Below are positions 47,145 through 56,272 of a DNA stretch of 64,000 nucleotides, one piece after another (position 1 is the first letter of the stretch; each line of letters begins with the position of its first letter). The position numbers were made by a program, and so were the translations under genes. The DNA comes from Spirochaetota bacterium (lineage in GTDB: Bacteria > Spirochaetota > UBA4802 > UBA5550): positions 1,095,318-1,159,317 of the forward strand of contig JAXGNG010000001.1 of NCBI GenBank assembly GCA_040768125.1, read 5' to 3'. A model generated the notes under the pieces. It ran no database searches. It had not been told where the DNA came from and worked only from the letters and a program-made list of their open reading frames with translations.

Positions 47145-47912
47145 TTACTCCCCGGTGAACGCCGGCTCCCGCTTCTGGGAAAAGGCGATGAACCCCTCTC
47201 GCGCGTCCGCCGAGGAGGCGACCTTCGATGACCATTCCCGGTCGACCCGGAGGCCCTCCTCGATCCCCATTTCTATTCCCGCCTCCATGCCGCGGAGCAC
47301 CGCCGTCACCGCCAGGGGAGGACGCTTCGCCAGGGCGGAGGCGAATTCCATGGCCCGGTCCATGAATTCCCCGGCGGGGAACACCCGGTCGACGAGGCCC
47401 GCGTCGAGGGCCTCGGCTGCCGTGAGCCTCCTGCTGAAGAGGATCAGGTCAAGGGCCTTCGGTTTCCCGAGAAGACGCGCCATGCGCTGGATGCCTCCCC
47501 ATCCCGGCGTGATGCCCAGGTTGAGCTCCGGGCAGCCGATCTTCGCTCCCGGGGAGTCGCTCATGAGGCGGAAATGGCACGCCAGGGCGAGTTCGCATCC
47601 GCCCCCCAGGCAGTAGCCGTTGATCGCCGCGATGACCGGCCTGGGACAGCGGTCGATGCGGTTGAAGAGCTCGATGGCGTCGGGCCCGTTGTGGAGATTG
47701 CCCACGTCCGAGACATCCATGCCGGCGGAGAACCCCTTCTCGCCGGCCCCGGTAATGACAACAACACGGGTGCCGCGGTCCGTTTCAATTTCGGCAAACG
47801 CCCGGTCAAGGTCCTCCCTCATGGCGAGATTGATCGAATTTGCCGGCGGTCGGTTCAGGGTGATCCTGGTGACGAATTCGCTTGTGTGAAGGGCAATGGC
47901 GGTGTAGCTCAT
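47145..47912 (-). CDS. Enoyl-CoA hydratase/isomerase (crotonase) family protein
   Basis: ITLNRPPANSINLAMREDLDRAF...VVVITGAGEKGFSAGMDV... crotonase fold. Its stop abuts the kinase stop with zero spacer (convergent). Confidence 0.85.
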   Translation of the reverse strand: MSYTAIALHTSEFVTRITLNRPPANSINLAMREDLDRAFAEIETDRGTRVVVITGAGEKGFSAGMDVSDVGNLHNGPDAIELFNRIDRCPRPVIAAINGYCLGGGCELALACHFRLMSDSPGAKIGCPELNLGITPGWGGIQRMARLLGKPKALDLILFSRRLTAAEALDAGLVDRVFPAGEFMDRAMEFASALAKRPPLAVTAVLRGMEAGIEMGIEEGLRVDREWSSKVASSADAREGFIAFSQKREPAFTGE

Positions 47913-48299
47913 GGAAGGCCTCCCTGTCGCGATGATGGCTGCGTGATGCGGCCCCGGGGACACGTTTCCCTCGATATAGGCGTGTGTCGGGGCTGTTCAT
48001 GTGATAGGGGGGATTCCCGCCAAAATCAAGGAAAAAAGGGGGCGGCCCCGCACATTAATTTCTTGTCATAAAGGATGGAATGATGATTAGTGAGATGGAG
48101 ATGCAGGCATGAGGCGTGCCGCCACATGGCGGCGCATGGGACCGCGATGCGAAGAAGAGAGAACGGAAGGGGCGCCGAGGCCCCCGCGAAAGGAGGACCG
48201 TCCGGAGGGGCGGTCCGGAAAAAGGCCGGGGGTACGCCCGTTCCCGGGCCCGGTCCGAAAAAATTTTCCTCGCCCGGACTTTTCCATTCGATTTTTTCC

Positions 48300-50135
48300 A
48301 TGAATCCCGCCGCGAGCGCCGTCACAACCATCGATGATGGAGTGGTGCTCAGCGTCAACGGGGCGCTCCTTGACCTGACCGGTTACCGTGAGAGCGAGAT
48401 TATCGGCAAAAAGACAAGCGAGCTCAGCATCTGGGCGGATCCGGCGCAGCGGGATGAGATGATGCGCCAGGTCAGTGAACGGGGTTCAATCAATCATTTC
48501 GAAACGAGGTTGCGATGCAGGTCCGGGGAAATCCGGGACTGCCTTTTTGCCGGGAACATCATGACCGTTGACGGCGCGCCATGCCTTCTCTCCATGGTCA
48601 TCGACATAACAGACCGGAAACGCGCCGAAGAGGAAACGAGGAGAAGCCGGGAGGAATACCGGGAATCGGTGGACAAAAGCCCCGTGGGAATATTCAAATA
48701 CTCCTATCCCGGAGGGCTTACCTTCGTCAATGCCGCCATGGCGGAGATATTCGGGTACGATTCCCCTGCAGAGATGCTCGAGAAGGCGACCGACGTCGAG
48801 CGCCACATCTACTACGACCCCGCCGAGGGGATGTCGACGTTTCGCCTCCTTAAAGATTACGGGGGGTTCCGGAACATGGAATACCGGTGCCGGAAGCGCG
48901 ACGGGTACCCCTTCTGGGTCATGGCAAGCTGCCGCGCCATGGTTGACTCATCAGGGAGGATCGGCGTCGTGGACGGCTTCTTTACCGATATCACCAAGAG
49001 GAAGGAAGCCGAGGAGGCCCTGGCGCGGGAGCTCCAGATAAACCGCGCCCTGGGTACCGTATACCAGAGGATAATGGGCGCGTCGCTTTCCATGGAGGAG
49101 CTGTGTGAGATCATCCGGGACTCGGCGGCCGGGCTTACGGAAAGCCCCATCGTCCTGGTTTCCGAGGCCAACTCCCCGGCTGTGGATGCCGCTGCCCTTA
49201 TCGGCGACCGGGGCATCGACGGGACCGCGGCGACCGGGGCCCTGGATGCGTTCCGGGACATCCTCGCGGGAGACGGCGGGAGCGTGCGTGACTGCGCCCT
49301 GGATAATGACGCCACCCATTCCGCACTTCCCCTCCCGGCGGGTATGGAGATTCGGCGGTACCTGGCCGTCCCGGCCATGATGCGCGGGGAGCTCCTCGGT
49401 CGTATCGTCGCGGCGAACGCGGGGCGGGAGTACTCCGTTTCGGACATCGAGTCGATGAAACGCCTCGGTGACGTTTTCGCCATCGCGATCAACAGGATCC
49501 GGAACGAAGAGCAGATAGAAAAAACGATGAAGGAGAAAAACCTCCTGCTGAAGGAGATACACCACCGGGTCAAGAACAACATGCAGATTATTTCAAGCCT
49601 CCTGGGGCTCCAGGCGGGCCACGTGAAGGACGAAGGCGACGCGGAGCTTTTCAAGGTGAGCCAGAACCGCGTGCGCTCAATGGCCCTGGTGCATGAAAAG
49701 CTCTACCGGTCCGAGTCCCTGGCGGGCCTCGATTTCAGTGATTACCTGGCCGATCTCGTGCGCGAGATTTCGGATTCCTTCTTCTCCGAGGGAAGGATTG
49801 AAATCCGGGTCAACGCCGAGAGCCTTTTCGTGAGCATAGACAACGCCATACCCTGCTCCCTCGTCATCTACGAGCTGGTCTCGAACGCACTCAAGCACGC
49901 CTTCCCTGGCGGGCGTGGAGGGAGCGTCGATATCGAGTTCTCCCGGCGCGGTGACGAGTACCTCCTCCGCGTGCGCGATAACGGCGAGGGGCTGCCCCGG
50001 GGAATGAATTTTCGGGACACCCAAACCCTGGGGCTCCAGCTCGTCAACGCCCTGGTGCAGCAGCTCCGCGGCTCCATCCACCGGGAGGACGGCCCGGGCA
50101 CCTCCTACGTCGTTTCCTTCCGGGGGCAGGAATGA
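48300..50135 (+). CDS. PAS/GAF sensor histidine kinase, HWE/HisKA_2 type
   Basis: Two PAS domains and a GAF-like region. HisKA_2 H-box LLKEIHHRVKNNMQIISSLLGLQ and HATPase (ELVSNALKHAF...GLQLVNALVQQL). Start MNPAAS at 48300; track 48090 is over-extended. Confidence 0.85.
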   Translation: MNPAASAVTTIDDGVVLSVNGALLDLTGYRESEIIGKKTSELSIWADPAQRDEMMRQVSERGSINHFETRLRCRSGEIRDCLFAGNIMTVDGAPCLLSMVIDITDRKRAEEETRRSREEYRESVDKSPVGIFKYSYPGGLTFVNAAMAEIFGYDSPAEMLEKATDVERHIYYDPAEGMSTFRLLKDYGGFRNMEYRCRKRDGYPFWVMASCRAMVDSSGRIGVVDGFFTDITKRKEAEEALARELQINRALGTVYQRIMGASLSMEELCEIIRDSAAGLTESPIVLVSEANSPAVDAAALIGDRGIDGTAATGALDAFRDILAGDGGSVRDCALDNDATHSALPLPAGMEIRRYLAVPAMMRGELLGRIVAANAGREYSVSDIESMKRLGDVFAIAINRIRNEEQIEKTMKEKNLLLKEIHHRVKNNMQIISSLLGLQAGHVKDEGDAELFKVSQNRVRSMALVHEKLYRSESLAGLDFSDYLADLVREISDSFFSEGRIEIRVNAESLFVSIDNAIPCSLVIYELVSNALKHAFPGGRGGSVDIEFSRRGDEYLLRVRDNGEGLPRGMNFRDTQTLGLQLVNALVQQLRGSIHREDGPGTSYVVSFRGQE

Positions 50136-51682
50136 ACCGCGCGAGGATACTCATCGTGGAGGACGAGGTGGTCATAGCCCTCGGTCTCGGCAGTAGCCTC
50201 GAGCGGCTCGGCTACGAGGTGGCCGATACGGTTTCCACTGGGGAAGACGCCGTGGCGAAGGCCCTTGATCTCGCCCCGGACCTCGTTCTCATGGACATCG
50301 TTCTCGCGGGATCCATGGACGGGGTCGCCGCGGCGAGGCGGATACGGGAGGAGGCCGATATCCCCGTCATCTACCTGAGCGCCAACGCGGACGCCGCCAC
50401 GGTGGAACGGGCCCGGGACACCATGCCCTACGGCTACCTCAACAAGCCGATCAACGAGCGCGACCTCATGACCGGCATCGATGCCGCCCTGCAGCAGCAC
50501 GGCATGGACCGCCGCCTCAGGGAGAGCGAGGAGAAGTACCGGGGCCTCGTCGAGAGCATGACCGACATGGTCATCGCGACCGATGAAAATGGAACCGTGA
50601 CCTACGTGAGCCCCCAGGTGAAGCACATGACGGGCTACGAGGTGCACGAGGTCGAGGGGAGGAATTTTAATGAATTCACCCACCCCGAGGACAGGCAACT
50701 GCTGGCGGAAATGTTCGCCGCCGGAATAACGGGAACGGCACAGAGTCGGGAATATCGCGTACTTTCCAAAGGGGGCGAGACGATCTGGGTCCGGACCTCC
50801 GGGCGTCCCACCTTCATCGGGGGCCGTTTCGCCGGTGTCAGCGGCGTGATGACCGACATCACGGAGTGGAAGCGGGCCGAGCGCGCCCTCGCCGAGAGCG
50901 AGGAAAAGTACCGGCATTTCATGGAGAACATGTCGGACAGTCTCTGGGTTCTCGACCTGAAGACCATGAAGTTCATTTACAACAGCCCCCAGAGCGTGTA
51001 CATTCTCGGATACACCCCGGAGGAATCGAAGGCGCTCTCCCCGGAGGACGTGGTCACGCCCGACTCCCTTGGCGTCGTGGCGCGGGCCCTGGCCGATGAG
51101 CTCGAGCGGGACGGACTGCCGGGGGTTGATCCGGACAGGTCCAGGATGATGGAGATCGAGCAGATCCACAGGGACGGATCGATAGTCTGGTGCGAGATGA
51201 CGATGCGTTTTCTGCGCGACGTATCGGGGAAGCCGGACCGTATCCTCGGCGTGTCGCGGGATATCACCGACCGGAGAAGGGCGGAGCGGGCCCTGGTGGA
51301 GAGCGAGGAGAAGTTCCGCCTCCTCGTGGAGCACTCCCCCTTCCCGATCGCCCTTCTGGACAACGCCACGGGGCGCATCACCTATTCGAACAGGACCATG
51401 CGCGATGTCCTGGCCTACACGATCGAGGAGGTGCCGACCCTGGAAGAATGGTGGAAGGCCGCCTTTCCCGATCCCGCGTACCGGGAAAAGAACAGGCTTG
51501 CCTGGGAACAGGCCCTCGGCGAGATCGCCCGCACCGGTGCCGTGAAGGGGCCCATGGATTCCGACGTCCGGTGCGGTGACGGGTCCGTCAGGCGGATCGA
51601 GTTCAGGTTCACGCCGCTGGGGGAAACGACCGCCGTGATCATGAGTGACGTAACGGGGAAAAGCAAACCGGGAAAAAAGTGA
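50132..51682 (+). CDS. Response regulator: REC + three PAS domains, no enzymatic output domain
   Basis: REC (ILIVEDEVVIALG...LVLMDIVLAGSMDG...NKPI) followed by three PAS repeats, each preceded by an (E)SEEKYR linker. Its ATG overlaps the upstream kinase stop (ATGA at 50132-50135). Confidence 0.85.
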   Translation: MNRARILIVEDEVVIALGLGSSLERLGYEVADTVSTGEDAVAKALDLAPDLVLMDIVLAGSMDGVAAARRIREEADIPVIYLSANADAATVERARDTMPYGYLNKPINERDLMTGIDAALQQHGMDRRLRESEEKYRGLVESMTDMVIATDENGTVTYVSPQVKHMTGYEVHEVEGRNFNEFTHPEDRQLLAEMFAAGITGTAQSREYRVLSKGGETIWVRTSGRPTFIGGRFAGVSGVMTDITEWKRAERALAESEEKYRHFMENMSDSLWVLDLKTMKFIYNSPQSVYILGYTPEESKALSPEDVVTPDSLGVVARALADELERDGLPGVDPDRSRMMEIEQIHRDGSIVWCEMTMRFLRDVSGKPDRILGVSRDITDRRRAERALVESEEKFRLLVEHSPFPIALLDNATGRITYSNRTMRDVLAYTIEEVPTLEEWWKAAFPDPAYREKNRLAWEQALGEIARTGAVKGPMDSDVRCGDGSVRRIEFRFTPLGETTAVIMSDVTGKSKPGKK

Positions 51683-51803
51683 TATGGGCGGGAACGCCAC
51701 CGCGGATATCCGCGTGCCGCCGGAGAGTATCGAGGGGATCGGATCAATGCCGCCTCCATCGAGACCCGCTTCACCAACAACTTCCCCCGGGGGGGTGCGT
51801 GGC

Positions 51804-52184
51804 ATGGAACATAGTGGACTGAGGGTCCTCGTCGTGGACGACGAGGAGATGATAGTCAGGCTCCTGGGCCGGTATCTAGAGGACGCCGGGTTCAAGGTGC
51901 GGACCGCCGCCACGGGAGAGGCGGCCCTGGGGGTCCTCGGCGAGGAGCGCATCGACGCCGCGATCGTTGACGTGAGGCTCCCCGACATGTCCGGGGACGA
52001 GGTGGCGATCAAGGGGAGCCGGCTCCAGCCCCGCACGCGTTTCTTCATCCATACCGGTTCGATCGATTACGCTCTTCCACCCGATCTTGTCGCCGCGGGG
52101 ATGGACGATTCGTGCGTTATCCACAAGCCCGTGACGGACCTGGCCGAACTGCGTCGCCTTATCGAGGAGAAGGTCAAGGGATAA
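51804..52184 (+). CDS. Single-domain response regulator (CheY-like)
   Basis: LRVLVVDDEEMIVRLL...AAIVDVRLPDMSGDE...HKPV. Start at 51804 (MEHSG); the track start 51684 adds a P/S-rich extension. Confidence 0.75.
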   Translation: MEHSGLRVLVVDDEEMIVRLLGRYLEDAGFKVRTAATGEAALGVLGEERIDAAIVDVRLPDMSGDEVAIKGSRLQPRTRFFIHTGSIDYALPPDLVAAGMDDSCVIHKPVTDLAELRRLIEEKVKG

Positions 52185-52207
52185 CCGCGCGGTAGATACG
52201 CCCACTC

Positions 52208-52942
52208 TCAGGGAAGGATCATCGCGTAGTTCAGGTTCCGTCCCGCGTCACCCCCGCGATAGCTGTAGAATTCGCCGTGACCCAGGAGGGTGCAGAGGCC
52301 CGCGTTGAAAATATTCCCCGGCGCCGCTCCCTCGCGGACCATTGATTCGGATGCGCTCTTCCAGAGGTCGAGAAGTATCAGCCCGTCACGCTCCCTCGTG
52401 AACCCCGGAAAACAGTCCGCCACGTCCCTCCCCACGGTGTATGATTCGGGCCCGATGGAGGGGAGAATATAGGCGCGGATCTCTTCACTCCGCGCACCGC
52501 GGCGCCTCATCTCCCGGATAAGCTTTCCCGCGATGCCGAGACGGGCGCCGCGCCACCCGGAGTGGACGGCACCCAGTATCCGGCGGGAAGGGTCCCAGGC
52601 GAAGACGGGAACGCAGTCCGCGGAGCGTATGACCAGGCAGACCCCCGGTGTGTCCGTTATGAGCCCGTCGGCGTCTCCCGCGACGCCGTTTCCCCCGGCG
52701 GGGGCGCCGTCAACATGGATGATGTCGTCGCCGTGCACCTGGTTGAGGGAACGGACCTGCGCGGGGTCTGCGCCGGCGGAACGAGCAAGGAGGTCCCTCT
52801 CCCGGGAGCGGATCGCAGCGTCCGGAAGGCCGTAGTCCGTGGGGTTGGCCGATTTCCCGATCACGCCGAGGCGCAGCCCCACCGGTGGGGGATGCGGGCG
52901 GTAAACGCCGTCGGCGTCCTTTCGAAGAAGGGTCATGACCAC
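52208..52942 (-). CDS. YfiH/PgeF (DUF152) family purine-nucleoside phosphorylase / peptidoglycan editing factor
   Basis: LNQVHGDDI...RSADCVPVF...GAVHSGWRGA... are conserved YfiH motifs. Confidence 0.85.
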   Translation of the reverse strand: MVMTLLRKDADGVYRPHPPPVGLRLGVIGKSANPTDYGLPDAAIRSRERDLLARSAGADPAQVRSLNQVHGDDIIHVDGAPAGGNGVAGDADGLITDTPGVCLVIRSADCVPVFAWDPSRRILGAVHSGWRGARLGIAGKLIREMRRRGARSEEIRAYILPSIGPESYTVGRDVADCFPGFTRERDGLILLDLWKSASESMVREGAAPGNIFNAGLCTLLGHGEFYSYRGGDAGRNLNYAMILP

Positions 52943-52960
52943 GTCCTGCCGCAGCCGCTC

Positions 52961-53749
52961 TCAGAGGGTGATATCATGGCGTTTCCTCCCGGAGAAGGAT
53001 GCTATAGTTGTATATCCCGCGGCGGCGGCGGCCTCCAGGGCACGGGGGAGCATGTATCCCACCTGGTCCGGGGTGTGGGCATCGGAGGATATCGTTGCCG
53101 GGACGTTGGCCTCAAAGAGGACCCGGAGGATCTCAGCAGAGGGGTAGATCTCCCCAACGGGGTGACGGAGCCCCCCGGTGTTGATCTCCACGGCAACGCC
53201 CCCCCGGGCCATGGCGCGGGCTATTCTTTCGACGGCGGGGAGAAAATCCCTCCGCGGCCTGTGGCCGAATTTTTTCACGATGTCGAAATGTCCCACGATA
53301 TCGAAGAGTCCCGATGAGACCATGGACTCGATGATCGTGAAATAGGCCGCGTAGATATCGTCGATGTCGCGGTCCCTGAAGCCGTCGACATGGGCGGGGT
53401 GGTCGAAGGCCCATCCGTCAATGAAGTGGCAGGACCCGATGAGGAAGTCGATCCGGGGATCGCTGAACAGGGCGGCGGGGAAGCTGTGGAAGAGGGGGTA
53501 GTCGACCTCCATGCCGAGACGCACGTCGACGGTTCCCTCGAAACGGGTCCGGCACTCCAGCACGTCCTTGAAGTAGGGCTCTATTTCGGATACGGGCATC
53601 GTGAGCCCCCCCCGTATCTCCTCGGGCATGGGGGCGTGTTCGGCGAAGCCGATTTCGCGTATGCCTTTTTTCGCGGCGGCCCCGGCGTAGAGGTCGACCG
53701 TGCCCGTGGCGTGGCCGCAGCGTTCGGTGTGTACGTGGTAGTCGATCAT
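52961..53749 (-). CDS. PHP-domain histidinol-phosphatase family (HisK/HisJ-type) hydrolase
   Basis: MIDYHVHTERCGHA... followed by metal-binding His/Asp positions of the PHP family (GFAEHAP, SCHF, GHFD, SSDAH). Confidence 0.8.
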   Translation of the reverse strand: MIDYHVHTERCGHATGTVDLYAGAAAKKGIREIGFAEHAPMPEEIRGGLTMPVSEIEPYFKDVLECRTRFEGTVDVRLGMEVDYPLFHSFPAALFSDPRIDFLIGSCHFIDGWAFDHPAHVDGFRDRDIDDIYAAYFTIIESMVSSGLFDIVGHFDIVKKFGHRPRRDFLPAVERIARAMARGGVAVEINTGGLRHPVGEIYPSAEILRVLFEANVPATISSDAHTPDQVGYMLPRALEAAAAAGYTTIASFSGRKRHDITL

Positions 53750-53754
53750 TCCCG

Positions 53755-54399
53755 TCAGTAGCCGTGCCGGGAATAGAAGAAGGATATATCGTTCAGCACT
53801 TCGCAGATCCGGCCGTTCATGTCGCTTTTCTTTATAAAGAATTTGTCGATTCCCCCGTCGTCCCCTTCCCTGATCATGGTGATGAGGTACCAGAGGGGAT
53901 GGGCATGGACTTCGGTGTCCCCGTCGTGTTTCACGGCGTCCCCGATGAGGCGGTCGCGGAGGTAGGATTCATCCCGTCCCGTCGCCGCCGCGTAGCGCAT
54001 GCGGTAGAAATGGGGATGGTACAGATAGAGCACCAGGATTTTCTGCCTCCTGAGATAGAGGGACACCAGCTCGATGGATCCGACCTCGACGTAGCGGGGC
54101 CTCAGGACGATCTTCTCGATTTTCCGAAAGTCATGCTTTTCCGGATAAAAAGAAAGGAGGTGCCGTACCCTGTCGGGGTTCATCAGGAGGGAACTCGGGC
54201 CCGGGTACTGGAGCGCGGGGTGGAGTATCTCGATGACGGTTCCGTCGTGCTTGTAGCGGTCCCTCCTGTAGAGGTTCTCGAAGCGGCTCGAGAGAAGATC
54301 GCCGATATCATGGGCGATGTCATCGTCGATAGTGACGATATCGCCCCCGCGGTCGTTGAGGTCCTCCTGGCTTTCGTAATATTCCTTGATATCGAACAT
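53755..54399 (-). CDS. Hypothetical protein, first gene of a 3-gene operon with the PHP hydrolase and PgeF
   Basis: 214 aa with coding-like composition. Its stop is 6 nt before the PHP gene start. No recognisable motifs. Confidence 0.5.
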   Translation of the reverse strand: MFDIKEYYESQEDLNDRGGDIVTIDDDIAHDIGDLLSSRFENLYRRDRYKHDGTVIEILHPALQYPGPSSLLMNPDRVRHLLSFYPEKHDFRKIEKIVLRPRYVEVGSIELVSLYLRRQKILVLYLYHPHFYRMRYAAATGRDESYLRDRLIGDAVKHDGDTEVHAHPLWYLITMIREGDDGGIDKFFIKKSDMNGRICEVLNDISFFYSRHGY

Positions 54400-54765
54400 G
54401 ATCCCGTTTCTTCACGCCGTGAACGACGCCGCATCCTCTTCTTCGGCAATAATCCCCCGGCGCGTGGGAAGTGTAAAGGGATTTTTCCCGCGGCGGTGAA
54501 ATGACGCCGCTGACGCCTTTCTCGAATATACTACGCGTGCCGCCCATTCGTCAAATATTTTCGCGTGCCGGAGATTCACTCCGGGGATTCAATAATCGGA
54601 GCGGATCGTCCGAATATTAATTATTCGCACCCGGCGGGTGATCCGGCCACCCCGGGCATCCTTCCGGAGCCGGGGAAAAATGCTAAAGCCGGGGGGCCTT
54701 TATGCCGATTAGGGTAACGGGCGAAGACCCGGTTCACGGATGAACGGGTATTCCGGGAGGTGCCA

Positions 54766-54933
54766 ATGGGCGATCTCATGAAAAAGGAGGATCGTGAGAT
54801 TAATCGGGAGAACAGGGAGGTTGATTCCGGCAGGATAAGGGAATTTCGCAAGAAAATTGCCGACGAATCGTATCTTGAGCACGCAATCAACAGAATCGCA
54901 ACTGATCTTTCTCACTTTCTGACACGACAATGA
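54766..54933 (+). CDS. Small ORF (55 aa) with FlgM-like anti-sigma factor C-terminal pattern
   Basis: Absent from the ORF track (<60 aa). GGGAGG RBS 5 nt before ATG 54766. ...RIREFRKKIADESYLEHAINRIATDLSHFL fits the FlgM C-terminal amphipathic signature (V..IK.AI..G.Y.VD...IA..L). Confidence 0.3.
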   Translation: MGDLMKKEDREINRENREVDSGRIREFRKKIADESYLEHAINRIATDLSHFLTRQ

Positions 54934-55037
54934 AAGGCGGCGTGGAGGGGCGGGGCATTCCCCGCGCCCTTTCGTCGCGTTCAGGGCAGGCCTGAGGGCC
55001 CCGCATCACGCCCCCCCGACGGGGCCAGGGGGAAACC

Positions 55038-56138
55038 ATGGAAGAGCGCGACTCCTATTTCGAACTGCGGCATGACAGGACGCTCAAGGTCCTGTTCCTG
55101 CTCCTCTTCGGCGCGGTTATCGCCGGCCTCGCGCTTGTCTTCAGGTATTACTTCTGGCCGTTCCTCTTCGCCGTGATACTCTACATGGCCGTGAAGCCGG
55201 TACATGATCTTCTCTTGAGGCACCTGAAAAGCAGGGGCCTGGTGTCCGCCGTGATGATCATTTCAATGTTCATCCTCGTGCTGGTCCCGCTTTTTTTAGT
55301 GATCGCGGCGATTGCCGAGCAGGCGTACCAGCTTTACATGATCGTCCAGCGCCAGATCCAGTCAGGGGTCATACGGGACATCTACGCCTCGAGCGCCGTG
55401 GAAAACCTGATGGCCTACCTTTCGATCGACCCGGGGGACGTGGCGTCAAAAATCGCCGACATGGCCGAACGCGCCTCGGGAATGCTCCTCTCAAGCGCCC
55501 AGGCCGTGATCGCCTATCCCCTGAGGCTCCTGGTCAATTTCTTCTTTCTTGTCCTGATGCTCTTTTTCCTGTTCAAGGACGGCGGGAAACTCGGATCGCT
55601 GGTCTACAGGGTGCTTCCCTTCCCCGAAGAACTGGAGTCGAAAGTGGTCAACCGGATGAACGAGGTCATCCGCGTTCTTCTCACGGGCAACATGATTATC
55701 ATGCTGCTCCAGGGACTCATGGTGGGAATCGGATTTCGCATCCTCGGCGTGCCCCTGGCCTTTCTCGGGGGGAGCGTGTCCGCGATCCTTTCACTCATCC
55801 CCGTCGTGGGGACGAGCCTGGTCTGGGGGCCCATGGTGATCTACCTGCTCATCGCCGGGTCATACCTGAAGGCCATTATCCTCGGCGCCTGGTGCGTCTT
55901 CTGGTATCTGGTGCTCGAAAACCTGGTCAAGCCGAGGGCCTTCGGCAGGCGACTCCATTTTCACCCCGTGGTCTTCTTTTTTCTCCTCCTGGGAAGCATC
56001 CAGGCCTTCGGCCTCCCCGGGGTGCTCCTGGGGCCCCTTCTCCTCACGCTCTTCTACTCCTTCTGGGAGATTTATAAAATGCTCCAGGAGCGCGAAGCCG
56101 GACCTCCTGACGAAGAGGGCGAGCCGGCCGGGCCGTAA
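55038..56138 (+). CDS. AI-2E family transporter (PerM/YhhT, UPF0118)
   Basis: 8 TM helices with the conserved C-terminal region ...IPVVGTSLVWGPMVIYLLIAG...LVLENLVKPRAFG... Confidence 0.85.
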   Translation: MEERDSYFELRHDRTLKVLFLLLFGAVIAGLALVFRYYFWPFLFAVILYMAVKPVHDLLLRHLKSRGLVSAVMIISMFILVLVPLFLVIAAIAEQAYQLYMIVQRQIQSGVIRDIYASSAVENLMAYLSIDPGDVASKIADMAERASGMLLSSAQAVIAYPLRLLVNFFFLVLMLFFLFKDGGKLGSLVYRVLPFPEELESKVVNRMNEVIRVLLTGNMIIMLLQGLMVGIGFRILGVPLAFLGGSVSAILSLIPVVGTSLVWGPMVIYLLIAGSYLKAIILGAWCVFWYLVLENLVKPRAFGRRLHFHPVVFFFLLLGSIQAFGLPGVLLGPLLLTLFYSFWEIYKMLQEREAGPPDEEGEPAGP

Positions 56139-56272
56139 TCTCCACGCTCGGGTGATTTCGCACGTCCTGCGATCGCATCTCCCCCGATGAAAAATACCGG
56201 ACGACGCGGTTTTCTGGTTGAAATTACCCTCCACCGGAACGATTTTGACCCGGTACTGACCGGTGAGCTCCG

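Noticed and set aside
47133-47150. Abutting convergent stop codons of the PAS kinase (+) and the crotonase (-) with zero spacer
   Set aside because: Seen in the sequence but common in compact genomes. No shared terminator structure, so nothing functional can be argued.
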